The translations under genes were made by a program, and so were the position numbers. DNA of 64,000 nucleotides from Eledone cirrhosa (lineage: Eukaryota), in NCBI GenBank assembly GCA_964016885.1, contig OZ024743.1, positions 84,816,001 to 84,880,000 of the forward strand, given 5' to 3'. Below the pieces are notes generated by a model, which was not told the origin of the DNA, ran no database searches, and worked only from the letters and a program-made list of their open reading frames with translations. Below, piece by piece: positions 14,086 through 27,986 of the stretch; positions within the stretch are counted from its first letter, which is position 1, and every line of letters starts with the position of its first letter.

Positions 14086-16925
14086 AAATTATGTCTAGCA
14101 CCGAAGTATTGCTACAATCCACCCCCACACTTCCAATCTACTTAATTTCACTCAACAGGCTTAGGTCAAATAAAATACCAGTCAAGTACTGAGGTTGATA
14201 TAATGCCCTCCCACCACCACTACAAAAAAAAAAAAAAAAGAGAGAGATAATTGCTGACCTTGTGCCTAAATTAGATATTAGAAATCATTATTTTGTTCTT
14301 GTAATTGTTTGTAACTAGATATTGGTCTTGTGTAGCAAGACTCAGCCCTTCTGTTTCTGCTTATAGTCCAGAGCTTTTGATGATTTTTCACTCTGGCTTA
14401 CTTCTTCATTATTGAGCCATGCAGGGTATTAACTGTATAGTGATTTTACTTCTTCAGCTTATTTTCTAATTCCTTCTTAATATCATTTTTCTGTTTCTTT
14501 AACTTTGTTTTATTGCCATATAAAACTATTTTTTTGTGTAGTTAGCTTCTAGTTTATATTTTATTGTTTCCTTGTATATAGAGGAAATTTTCTTTTTCTT
14601 TATTACATTTATCAGTCTTTCTTTATTTCATCTATCAACCTTCCTCTATAATATTTATCAACCTTGCTCTATTACAATTAATTACCTTGCTCTATTACAA
14701 TTATCAACCTTGCTCTATTTGCTTCTAAGTATTTTTCCAGTAGAGACAGCAAATTGGCAGAGTCGTTAGAACATTAGATAGAATACATCACAGTATTAGT
14801 TCCAGCTTTCTGTACTCTGAGTTTAAAACCCACCGAGGTCAACTTTGCTTTTCTTTTTGAGATTGAAAAAAAAAGTATCAGTCCTGTACTAGGGTTAATT
14901 TTTTCTCTATATCTCTCTCTTCTGGAAGAAATCAGCTGTGTTCAGACCTGGAGAAGAGATGAACTCTACCCAGTTTTAATAAATGTCCAAGGACTCCATC
15001 AGTAGTTATGGGTTCATACATATATTTTTCCAGTCTTACTGTTATTTTATATTAATTTTCTACTTGTATATGTGGTAGGTATATTCTGTCTATATCTGCT
15101 GTAGTAGGTGGTGGCTTTTATACACTGACAGTAGTTTTCTGTCTAAATTTTTCAGATCACTTTTTTTTTTTCAGATATCTTCAATATCTTAAACTTGGCA
15201 GAGCTCATCTCTCCCCAGGCTAAGGTTATATATTTTTAAACTAATCAACCATTATTATCTGATTACACAGTCAACCCAAATAGTCAGCTTGGCGCAAGTA
15301 ATTGGAATTGAAAAGTTATACATACAGGTATTTAATGAAAAAAGTTCTAACCATCCTAAAACTAAATAGCCCAACTGAGGGCACAAATAGATTGTTATGG
15401 CCGTTGCTCCCGAATGCAGGATAACCTGGGGCAATTGCCCTCTTTGCCCCCAATTAAATCCGGCCCTGCACACGGGTCATCATCTCAACAGCTTATGTAA
15501 ATTAAGGTTATCTGTCAATGGCACATAACACTTTCTCTTTTATTTCAGTGAAAGATCCACAAATAACCACATTTCATTTAGTTATCTACATAATATTTGA
15601 GGCTAGCTTTGCCTTTCATCCTCATGGGGTCAATAAAATAAAGTATCAGTAATGCACTGGTGTCAATATAATTGATTTTCGCTTTCCCTCCAAAAAGTAG
15701 AAACAATTATATACATATCTCTGATGGGTTATCTCCTCTTTTTAAAATCTATTTACTGGTTTTGGCAAACAAGGACCTCTCTTTCGTTGACTTTTCCTCA
15801 ATACACTCTATGACCAAGCCTCCAGCTATCAACTGTCTTTCTACCAATTCATTCCCTTATGAAACTCATTTCATTATATTTTACATTACATGACTTTTTG
15901 TCCAGTTACATTCATCTGCTTACTCTCACATCTCAATGCAGACAACCATAAGTGCAATAGCTACTTGTTACTGGGGTACAAGCTATGAGTGTAGAGAATA
16001 TGTGATGGTTGGTTAGAAATCAAATGATGTACACTGTTGCTTATGTAATGAGGGATAACATTTGACCAGTTCATATTCAATACCCCACCATCACCCATTA
16101 TTTCTGAAGGTAATATATTGACTTGGAAAAACTTTCACATTGCCTGAAACTGGAGGCAATATATTGATTTGGTAAAATCGCCACATTGCCTCAAACTGAA
16201 TGTAATATGTTGGTAAAACCATTACATTGCCAGTTCCAATTGGGAGAGTTTTCTGAGATCCTTTATTACTCGTCACAACTACCAAATATCTTCACTCACA
16301 AGAGCCATATCTTTGGTTCCTCTCTATAGAAAGACAAATTGTTAGAAACCAGGACATGAATTACAATTTTCATCAATCATGCAAAAGGTGGCATAAGTTG
16401 AATGAGTTGCCACAGTCTGAGTGAGTTCATATTGGAAGTTACTGTGTACTTTCCTAGATAAGTTTGAGGCCATAGTTCATTCATACAACTCACGTAATAT
16501 ATACATACTTATCACTGCAGAGGGTAGAGAGGACTATATTTGAGTCAATGACTGACAACATCTCTAGTGCTGGTACCATTATGAAGTGTACCCAGCACAC
16601 CATGTAAGGTGGTTGGTTGGCAATAGGGAAAGATTCTCCAGTCATATTAATGGCACAACCTCTTTAGTGTTTGTGATTTACATGATAAATGCACTCAGCC
16701 ATAGACAACCTTCCAAAGGGTCAAAATGGTTCTTCAGCTATGTTAGAGACATGACAGCATCCCTAATGCTGGTGCCATGATAAAATGCAGTCAGTAGAGC
16801 GCAAGAACATATGTAACCAAGATGTAGGCACCTCGGCCCATCTGTAGTCAGTAGCTCTTCTAGAGTACTGATTCAGTCTATGAAGACGTGACCAACCCTT
16901 ACTGGCAGGGAAGATGCATGTTAAA

Positions 16926-17097
16926 TAATTGTTTCTACGTTAGGCACAAGGCCAGCAATTACCCAGTGTATTACTGGTACTTTATTTTATCGACCCCGTA
17001 AGGATGAAAGGCAAAGTTAACCTCGGCGGGATTTGAACTCAGAATGGCAAGGGCCGTAACTCTATGCGTCAAAGCATGGCGTCCGACCCTCTACCAA
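16926..17097 (-). mobile_element. SINE, same family
   Basis: Near-identical reverse complement of 39387-39571. Confidence 0.88.
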
Positions 17098-18479
17098 TAT
17101 GTATGTTAAATAATGATGATTATTGTGTATATACATATATATATAATCAGCATCACTTTTACACCCACCTTGCAAGGGTTTGACATATATATATAAATGA
17201 TTATAATGGAGTACTGATGATGTTTTATGTAAATAATTGTTATATAACTATTTATGAACTTATTGTTTACATATCCATGTACCATTATCACCTGTATAGA
17301 AACATACGCAGAAATTAAAGAATAGATATAAGATGTTAACCATGGTTTTTCTTCATTTTAAATATATGTATACACACACACCTATATATATATACATATG
17401 TATGCATAAAGGTAATATATTGGCTTAGTAAAGAATGGTGGATTACTTTCATGATTTAGCAGACATAAAAGAAGTGTCACTATAGAATCTTAAGTGGTAG
17501 GTGTAATTGGGAACCCAGTTTAACACCACTATATGACCCTCGAGAGGTCATAGCAGTCTGCTCTGTTGCAAGGATTTTGGATAGTTGTCTGTCTGGTTTA
17601 ATCCTTTCGTTGCCACCCTTCAAAACTTCCTGAAATTTGCCGACACTACACTTGATATTCCCCCTCCATACACATGCATGCGTGCCTGTATATATATTAC
17701 AACTCATACACTGTTCACTTTCCTGACAACTGTACATTATTCTATGTACTTTACATTCACTTTTGATTAGTAGTAGTGCACCTGAGCATTGTACACAATA
17801 ATTTTCATTATTATTTTGTATTTCTGATTCTATATTTTACACCACCAATGGATGCATGTATGGCTGTGTGGTTAAGATGTTTGCTTCATAACAGTTTTGA
17901 GTTCAGCCAAAGCTTTTGGTGAAGATATTTTTAGATAGAAACTATGAGGAAACCTATTAGTGGGACCATTCCTTTTCTTGTTCTTGGGTGATATATATAC
18001 ATATATGGGCTGCATGAATAAACACACAGTAGGTGTATGTAGTACATGCAAACAAAAAGAGAAAGAATACTCAAATGTTAATCAGTAGAGTGAATATATA
18101 TATATATATGTTTATTTCAAGTTGAGAAATTCAACTTGACCAACTCTTTAGATTTTCTTGGGGAATGAATGAGAGAGAGAGAGAGAGATTCAGAATAGCA
18201 AGTTGTTGAGTGAAATTATTTCTCATCTTGAAATATAACACACAGCAAATGTGTGAAATGTAGTAAAAAAAAAGTTGAGACAAAGTTTGTGTTTAACTGA
18301 TATCAAGTGGATGCATAAGGATATATAATTAGTTGCAAGCTATTTATATAAACATGCAGAGATATTCAAGTAGACAATTTATTTTGTGTAAAAATATGCT
18401 ACAATGTTCAGTGGCTGGGGGTTGATATATATATATATATATATATACACACAGCAACTATCAACGTTTGGGTCTTGTT

Positions 18480-18920
18480 GATGGTCACTGTCAACTGTGA
18501 GATACCATGTAACTGTTTGACCTGGCTAATAGTTAACTAGTTGATGAGATAGGCCAAACTGTCACAAGTTGACCATCATATTTAACCGAGATAGCTGGGT
18601 CAAGCTGTTACATATTGACCGTCACATTCAACTGCGAGACAGCTGGGCCAAGCTATCACAGGTTGAGTGTCAACTGTGAGACAGCTAGACCAAACTGCCA
18701 CACATTGAACATCACATTCAACTATGAGACAGCTGAACCAAGCTGTCAACTGTGAGACAGCCAGACCAAAACTGTCACACTTCGAACATCACATTCAACT
18801 GAGACAGTTGGACCAAGCTATCACATGTTGACTGTCAACTGTAAGACAGCTAGACCAACAAACTGTCACATTGACCATCACATTCAACAGTGAGACAGCT
18901 AGGCCAAGCTGTCACATGAT
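18480..18920. repeat. Tandem array of self-complementary units
   Basis: About 9 units containing gacagct-N5/6-agctgtc. Confidence 0.85.
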
Positions 18921-19409
18921 AAGAAGTAAAAGTAAGATTAGAAGTGAAAGGTTCAAAATTGATCGATATTCATAAATAAGTGAGTGGTGGGCTCAGTTAG
19001 AAGTTCAAGTTGTAATAAAGTGACGTCTGCTGATATATACACACATATATTTGTGTATGTATATATAAACATATATATATGTGTATATATACATACATTT
19101 GTGTGCGTGTGTACACACACACACATATATATAATAGTAGGTTAAACAATGGGCATCAAGAGGATGGTGATGGGCAGATGTTCCAGGTATAATGTTGTTC
19201 CTTTGAGAAAACCAGAGATGGAACGGAAAAGAAATGATGTATACACACACATATATGCGCTTTATATTATATATTTACAATACAGAGAAAGTAATATTTT
19301 AGATTTTTTTTTCAAAAAACAAGAGAAAACAAAAAGGATAATGGATTTAAATACAAATGAGTTTCAGACACACACACACATATACGTGTATATATATATA
19401 TATATATAT

Positions 19410-19599
19410 AATTGTTTCTACTTTTGGCACAAGGCCAGTAATTACCCAGTACATTACTGGTACTTTATTTTATCGACCCCTTAAGGATTAAAGGCAAAGT
19501 TAACCTCGGCGGGATTTGAACTCAGATGGGCAAGGGCCGTAACTCTATACATCAAAGCATGGCGTCCGACCCTCTGCCGACACTGCCAATCCACCGCCC
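19410..19599 (-). mobile_element. SINE, same family, full length
   Basis: Near-identical reverse complement of 39387-39571. Confidence 0.88.
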
Positions 19600-19611
19600 T
19601 AGATATATATA

Positions 19612-19872
19612 TATAATAATAACATTAATAAAGATGCTGATGTTACATAAATCGTTTATTCATTATAATTATTTCAACGGTTCTCCCATGCAATCAAGAT
19701 GTAATTCATTCATTTGTTGCTATGAGAATGGTATCTTCATCTGAGGATACCATTCTCATAACAACAACAAATGTATGAATTACATCTTGATTGCATGGGA
19801 GAACCGTTGAAATAATTATAATGAATAAACGATTTATGTAACATCAGCATCTTTATTAATGTTATTATTATA
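19612..19872. repeat. Near-perfect palindrome, arms ~125 bp
   Basis: tataataataacattaataaagatg...gaatggtatc is mirrored by gataccattc...catctttattaatgttattattata around the centre at ~19740. Confidence 0.95.
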
Positions 19873-20864
19873 CTGAATCTCCATCATAACTACAAACTAC
19901 AAATGTTGAGAACTTTCTCCTGCTTGCTCCTGTTTTTACCAAAACAATCTCTTCGGAACACACACACACACACATATATATATATAAAATGTAGTAGACT
20001 AAATGACAAAAGAAAATCTATTGATATATACATTGACCTATTATAATTAACTACATCGGCAAGTCACAAAAACAAATAATATTTAACATCTTATAATGAA
20101 ATGTTTATAGTATTTTACCTAGTAGACATATTATTCTGAAAACCTATGGCATTACACTAAAGACTTATTGAGAGATCATCATGAAAATTTGTATTAGAGT
20201 AAAAACTTTAACCCATTGGTTAAAACCTCTGGTTCTATGAAATAAAATCACCCATTTTAAAGGTTTCCTATTTAAATTTAAATCTTCCACCATAATTTAA
20301 TATAAAAACCTTACATTAAGTTACTATCTTAGTAATGAAATAATTAATAATTTTAGTAAATCTTTCAAATTTCTTCTTTAAATAATTGAAAGAGAGTGTA
20401 TTTCATTAGAAATATAGTCACAAAGGGTTACCTTTTTATGTAGTACATGATATTAACTCCTCTGATACCATACAACACTGCACTTATAATATAAAACTTC
20501 TCACTTTAGTATAGGGATAAATATATTAAAGTGAGTAGTTTTTTTAGTAATCAAAATTAACTGCACCATACTGGCAGTGTATTTCATTAAAAATGGGTTA
20601 AGAGTTAAACTATACTTGTATATATAACCTAACATAAAACAAAGTGAAGTGGTATTAATATGGTGATAGAAGTATATTGTTCACATAACAGTTTAATTCA
20701 TAACCAATTTATGGTTTATGTTGGCCATGCGGCTGTATAAACACCATTTTTAGCCCATTAAGTATATATACACACATGGATGTGTGCATACATATATATA
20801 TATACTATACACGCACCTTTAATGAGTTGTAGTGCACCTGAACACTGTACACAATAATTTTCAT

Positions 20865-20908
<44 letters not shown>

Positions 20909-21514
20909 GTGTTATGTGCAGTGAAGTAAATTATGTATCTTAAATTTTTTATACTTCATTGATTCTATGTTGTCATTCCATATACTACATTATAATATCA
21001 CTGTACGTACTTTTATAGACTATGCACTGAAATAAATTGTTTTGAATAGTAGTTTATATATATATATATATATATATACACATACATATATCATACACAC
21101 ACATATACACATGCTATCAGTTTTTCTGTCAACAGATACCCTTCCTGATTCCACACCAATTTTAAATATGGTGTATACTATTATCATTTGAGGGGCATAA
21201 AGAAATGTCACTGCTTGTGTTAACTAATGTTAATACAAAGAGTCTCATGTTGACTAATGCATACACATTTATGTATATATATATATATATATACATACAT
21301 GATGGGCTTCTTTACTGTCTCTGTCTACCATCCATACAAGAAACGCAACATTGACGTAATTTATGTTTCCTGTAAACAATACACCAGTGATAAGTACCAC
21401 AGTAGAATAAACAAGGGGCAGGGGTCAGGAAGGATACTCAGCCATAGAAAACCTGCTTCATAAAGTCTCAACCCCAACTTAGGCAAGCACGGAAAAAGTG
21501 GATGTAAAAATAAT

Positions 21515-21723
21515 GGTTTCTGATTTAGATACAAGGCCAACAACTTTAGGGGAGAGGGAAAGTGGATTAAATTGACCCCAGTGCATTACTGGTACTTTAT
21601 TCTATTGACGCCGTAAGGATAAAAAGGCAAAAGTTAACCGCGGCATGATTTGAACTCAGAATGTAAAGGGCCATACTATGCTGCTAAGCTTGTTGTCCGA
21701 CGCTCTACCGATACTGCCAATCC
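21515..21723 (-). mobile_element. SINE, same family (longer variant)
   Basis: Shares the core ggtactttatt...aaaggcaaa...gatttgaactcag. Other diverged copies lie near 13555, 14750, 15600, 27660, 29345, 34650, 34830, 49560, 50140, 52455, 52770, 57995, 58470 and 59800. Confidence 0.8.
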
Positions 21724-22226
21724 ATGATAATATATACATACACACACATATCTATATCATCATCACAGTTTTAAATCTACTTTCCATGCTTGCATAGGTT
21801 AGACAAGTTATCATGTTCTGAAGTCAGGTGACTGTCTTGCTCATACGTTCCATTTTTGGCTTGGCTTCTACAGTTGGATGCCCTCCCTAATGCCAACCAC
21901 ATCACATGTACTGCAATAATTTTCTGAGACACCACCTATACCACTTCACAGACAGATATGTATACATACACACACACACACACACACATACATATCACTA
22001 TATAGATATGTATACAAATACACACACACACATAAACTGAAAAGAAAAGAAATGGAGGTAAAGAAGTATCACAAGATGATATGAATTTGTCTAGTGAGAG
22101 GAGGAGATTGAAGGCCTCACAGTATTGAGAACAAAGTTAGGTGTATCGGGCAGATTGAAGTGATCGGCTGACTCTACATACAAATGTATGCATGTGTGTG
22201 TGTATATATACATATAATACACATGT

Positions 22227-22375
22227 ATATATTAAAGAGATAGAATCCCCAATGGTGAACCTCGCCATTTCAATTTGTTCCCACAAGTATTTTCATGGAA
22301 TTACCCTCGAAAATACTTGTGGAAGGAAGCTGTAATGGCTAGGTTTACCTATGGGAATCTACCTTTTCAATATAT
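22227..22375. repeat. Imperfect inverted repeat, arms ~68 bp, 14-nt loop
   Basis: Perfect 14-bp core ccacaagtattttc / gaaaatacttgtgg, extended outward by imperfect pairing. Confidence 0.85.
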
Positions 22376-22989
22376 CCACTCTGCATCTTCATCATACATC
22401 GAGTACTACTATGATTTGTTGTCTTCTCAGTTTTTGCACAGTATACACTCCAAACACACACACAATTATTATTTTCATCTTGGCATGTCATTAAGACAGA
22501 TTGGAGAACCACATCTTGCTCATATGCTCAATTTTTGGCATTGAACGTACAATTGGATACCCTTCCCACTGCCAATCACATAACTGTGTATTTATACACA
22601 CATTAATTAATATATTATATGTGTAGACAACACTAATGATGATAATTATTTGCAGCATGTAGAAGTGGTATGCCAGCCAGCTAGTTTGAATGAGTTAAGT
22701 TTGTTGAGTCTACAGTAGTTTTGAGATGTTGGACTGTCATATTATGTCCCACCTCCCCAGCAAGACAGTGAAAGATGAATGGGAATGGATGTGATGATAA
22801 ACTACTGGAAAAATAAAAGCTAAGTAAGATAGATTAAAAAAGAAAAATGTTTAAGTGATGAGAGGAAACTAGCCAGATGATTTGGGGGAACCCTCATTGA
22901 TAATGTTACCCTTTTGTTACCTAATAGTGTTTAAACTCTGCACTACAAAGTAACAAAACAACCTTCAGATATACAGTAGAAGTGGCCTG

Positions 22990-23240
22990 TACGCCACCAA
23001 CTAGATGGAGCTGAGGTCCACTATAGTGCCACATATACATTACACCAATAAGAACGAGCTGCATGTCGCTATTGTGACACATATATATATTATACCAACT
23101 AGATGGAGCTGTGTGTTGCTATAGAGCCACGTTACACCAACTAAGTGGAACTGCAGGCTACTATAGTGCCACATTACACCAACTAAATGGAGCTGGGAGC
23201 CACTATTGTGCCATATATATATATTATTACACCAATCAGT
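22990..23240. repeat. ~44-bp degenerate tandem repeat
   Basis: Recurring caccaactaRatggagctg...ctatagtgccac. Confidence 0.8.
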
Positions 23241-23249
23241 CCGTTTCAC

Positions 23250-24894
23250 CAGATATAACCCTCAAAGAAAACAAAGACGGGGAATAAAAAAAAAGTAAAT
23301 AAAAATGAAAAGAGAAAAGAAAAAGACAAAGAAATGAATAAAATTTAGTTTAGATGATTTCTAGGTATGGCCTGTGTGAAAATTAGTTTTAAAAAAAAAA
23401 ATGGTTCACTTGGAGGGATCAGTTTGGAATTCAACTTGTATTTTGCTTTTCTTCAAATGTTTTGTTAAAAATCAGCCGTTTAATAAGCTGAACATCAGCC
23501 AAAGAAAGAATTATATAATTTATGATGTAGTTTCCATAAATAGTTTGCCAACAATAACTGCTTCTCGCAGAAATCTAAGACATCTGTTGTTGGCTTTTGG
23601 AATTTTTGTTGTTTTTTTTTAAATTTTTTTTTCTCCATTTTTGTTCCAATTTAAAAAAAACGTTCTCGTCATCAACCTTCTTTGAGTGTGATGCGAGTTT
23701 CGGTGTTGTAACCAATAAATATACATACATTTGTGTGTTGTGTGTGGGAGGAGTGTAGGTAGGTAGGTATGTAATTATTTTACAGTAGCAGGTGGAAAGA
23801 TAGAAAAAACCATGGGGACAGGGTAGGGTGGGGGAAGAGTGTTGAAAATTTTCACCATTTCTTTCTGCCTTTTGCTGAAAGTTGTTGTATTAACATTAAA
23901 ATCTCTCCTTATCAGGGACACAACAAACAGATTAGGGTCCCCTCTCACAGAATCATACATGACTCACACAATATTATCCAATTTCTTATGTGATAAGAAA
24001 CCTTTCATTCTTTCATATGGAACAATGAAATTATAGAGAGAAACCTTTCGGTTACCAAACTGTCTTCTATATTCCGCTCCAGTAACTGTGTACACACATA
24101 CACACATACATAATGATTTAACAAAGGACCGAGTACTAACGATGACCGGCTACTCTTGATTGCTTTCACCGGTAACAGACACATGTAAAGAGATTTTGAG
24201 GAACGGGAGGTTGCTGAGAGAAGTAGGGGGAATGGGCTGGTTACCATGATGACATGTACTTACATATTCTCTCCCCCACCACAACTTTGACCAATATTTC
24301 ATTTTACAATTGTCAATCTTTTCAAAATTAACTGTGATTAAAAAAAAAAAATTTAATTATTAATGATTTATATTGATTAGGTCAAGGGAAACCAACAGCT
24401 TTTTAGGTGGATCTTTCGTGAAAGTTTGAGGAGAGATAATACAGAGTAGGAGTGGAGTGGGACTGACAGAAGAAAAAGAAGTTGAGGAGATAGTAATGTG
24501 TAGTGGGCAGTTTTCTCCCTATTAACAATAAGTACATCATGTCAGCCTTACACATTGTACATACATGTTCAATATATATGTATATATATATAAATTTATT
24601 ATATGTTTATATACATATAAATATTATATATATATATATATATATATAAACACATGCATGTGTGTGTGGAACCAGTTTATTGCACAATGTCTGGTATTTT
24701 CTTGGAATGTGTCCTCCCCCAACACACATTTCACCCCCTTCCCTCCTCATCCCAACAGTAGTCGCACTGTAAACTTCACATTTACATTTTATTTCAAATT
24801 TATTTATTTTAGCGTTTCTGTTTGTTTTATGAATTCTGTCTGTTTTGTTTTGTCTTTTTTTAAAATGTATTTCAGTTTTATTGTTTTTATTTTT
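23250..24894 (-). other. Probable MIER 3' UTR (distal end uncertain)
   Basis: TE-free sequence directly after the stop codon. Minus-strand AATAAA hexamers (plus-strand tttatt) near 24800, 24790, 24680 and 24597. Confidence 0.55.
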
Positions 24895-25417
24895 TTACTG
24901 TGCGACTGACTCTGCCGTTGGCTGTGAGAAATGTAGCGATTCGCCAGATGCCAGTGTGTTATCGTTTGAATGCTTTTTTGACACATCTGTCAGAGTCAGT
25001 GGATTCAAAAGATTGGACTCTAAGAAATGTTTAGCTGAATAATTCAAATCTAGTTCACTTTTCAAGTCAAGTTTACATTTTTTGGCACTAGGTGGTTCTA
25101 ACGTGTCGTCGGAAACATCTTCGTGTCTATCGTGCCGAGATATCACCTGTTTGGCTGGTCCATTGCTGTTTGTGTCGACGTTGTGATGATCTACAGCGGT
25201 GTCTAAAACTTTGGAACTGCTAGAATTATCCAGCACAGATAAGTTGCCTATAGACTGGAAATTGGTGATGGTGTCCAATTCTAATGTCGGCTTCAGTTGA
25301 TGACGTTTCTGATCTCCGTATATAAGCATGCTAAAATTTGGACTTGACGACCGATCCCTTGTTGTTGCAGGAGATGGGCTATCTTGGTCTTGGTCGAGGA
25401 ATCTATCCATGTAGTCT
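24895..25417 (-). CDS. MIER1: MIER terminal coding exon (low-complexity C-terminus, NLS-like PPSAKKCKL)
   Basis: ttacacag|A GAC TAC completes the conserved HPGITDYMDRFLD motif and is open to the stop at 24895-24897. The nine exons total 1377 nt (458 aa plus stop). Confidence 0.93.
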
Positions 25418-25905
25418 CTGTGTAAACAAAGAAAAGGAACAAAAATAAACATGTTTATGTTTTTAATGTTGGAAATGAGAATTGAGCGTTATACTGTTAA
25501 AATCTTTCACTCTATGCAATAAACCAGTTGTCTAACCTATGCAAGCTTGAAAAATAGACATTAAATGGTGATGAAAAGGTATAACACAACATAGCTAACT
25601 ATGACAACAGTTTAACACATATATATATATATAGCAACAAACATTTAATCACTGGAGGAAGGAATGATTCCAGATGTCATGAGATGCCAGACTGTTCAAG
25701 CTGTGGGACTGCCTTTGGGTAAGGTTGTTACAACTGTGGTACTGCTCCTAGGTAATAGGGTTATTACAACTGTGGAACTTCCCCTGGGTAATATGGTTGT
25801 TACAACTGTGTCACTGTCTCTGGGTTAATTGATTGTCAAATAACAGGACAAATAAGAATAATTAATCATTTATATATACTCTCTCTCCCACACAAGATAT
25901 ACTCA

Positions 25906-26130
<225 letters not shown>

Positions 26131-26218
26131 CTATTAATTTTCGTATCTTTACCACAATGTCTCCACCTTGGATTCTGCGCTACCTCAGCAACCAGAAACT
26201 GACAGCATCATCAATGTA

Positions 26219-26552
26219 CTCTCAGGTCTCAAATAATGCTACTCCCCCCCATTAATTTTCCAGATTTTTTCCAACCCCCACCATATTAAATTTTGCTAAT
26301 CTATCCCCAGCGAAATTTTATCTTAAGTGGTAGCATTCCTGCGACAATGTACATAAGGCATAAAAAAACATTATACGACAGAAAAAGACCCCCCCCCCCC
26401 ATTCTAGAAATCCCATATGTCATAAAATAAATAAGATGGTTTGGGATCTCAATATGTAAACTAAACAACTAATTGTCGTTTAAAAAAAAATCAACAGACA
26501 ACCTGGAAAAATTACTGATTTTCCAACCCCCTTAATATTGGGGACCTGAGAG
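26219..26552. mobile_element. TA-flanked Tc1/mariner-type MITE (partial second copy near 62945-63038)
   Basis: TA|ctctcaggtc...gacctgagag|TA. It interrupts one unit of a local tandem repeat exactly at a TA. Confidence 0.75.
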
Positions 26553-27851
26553 TATTTATCTGTTGCTCTTCATACCTTCACCACAATGTCTCTACCTTGA
26601 TCCTGTGTCATCATCATTATCGTCAGTGTATTTACCTGTTACTCTTCATACCTTCACAACAATGTCTCTACCTTGATCCTGTGTCATCTTATCAACAAGT
26701 GGTATGGCTGGATTAAAACTGATCCACTGCCAGTTTCCACAATGAGTATTCCTGTACTACTTGGTCAGCAAATTAGTGGCTGAGTGTTCCACTGACACGT
26801 TTACCCTTAATGGAATCTTCAGGCAGAATTAGCGTGAAAAATGTGACATGACCTAGTCATTACTCCACAGGTACAGCTAATCCAACAAATTTTCAATATC
26901 AGTTTATTTGATTTCATTCACAAGTCTTGGGTCGAGTCAGTGTTATAGAAGACACTTGCCTATTGTGCTGAGAAGGGGGATTGAACCTGAGACCTTATGA
27001 TTACAAAGTAAATTTCTTCACCATTTAGTCAAGGTTAGACACATATACACAATACCCAATCAGTTATCCTTATAAGCTCCTGTATCTATTACACACAATA
27101 GACAATACAGAAATTATTATGTGAGAAATGTTTAAATGTATTGAAAATATAAAACTATCATTTAGCATAGAAACCTCACATCTTTCACAATATTTTCATA
27201 ACAATTCATGTAGCTTACTCTCCTGTCATCATTAGGCGTTTTATTATTGGTTATGTATACACTCAATGCCAGATTCAATTAAAACTACCAATGTTTCATT
27301 TCTAAGCTAAGGTTACCATCTTTCCTATCACTAGACAATCTAAGGATAACCAGAGATTCATCTTTTTTTTGAAAACAAATCAAATGAAACCTCCCTTGGT
27401 TCTATATGAAAACATTTTATCATAATACTATGTCAGAATTTTTAAGTTATGTTCCAAACACAAAATAATGAAAAAGTTAGGTATATTACTAAACCCTCCC
27501 AAATTTGAAAATCACAGGCAGTGTCTTTCATTAGAAATAGATAGAGATGTATGTAATGTATGGATCCATAACTCTTGTATATAGCATGTCTTGGGCACTT
27601 AAAACCTGGCAGAGACCAACCTCTCCCCATGTCTGAAGATAGCTGATTTCTTCCAGAGAAGTGAAAAAAAAGAAACAGAGGAAGAATCGTACTTTGTTTT
27701 ATTGACCTCGTAGGATGAAAGGCAAAAGTTGACTTCAGCTGGATTTGGACTCGGAGAATGCAGAAAGCCAGAATGAATACTGCAATGTATTCTACCTGAA
27801 GGTCTGACTCTGCCAATTCACTGTCTTAGATTGAGATATGGATTCAAACTA

Positions 27852-27986
<135 letters not shown>

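Noticed and set aside
14929-15001. Exon-like plus-strand block
   Set aside because: Weak AAG acceptor and no donor in a phase compatible with the neighbouring candidate exons.
19735-19760. CTGAGGA at the palindrome centre resembling a hammerhead ribozyme CUGANGA box
   Set aside because: No stem II followed by GAAA, so the catalytic core is incomplete.
25418-25452. Start codon of the 185-aa ORF as an independent gene
   Set aside because: This part is the intron polypyrimidine tract; the real exon begins at 25417.
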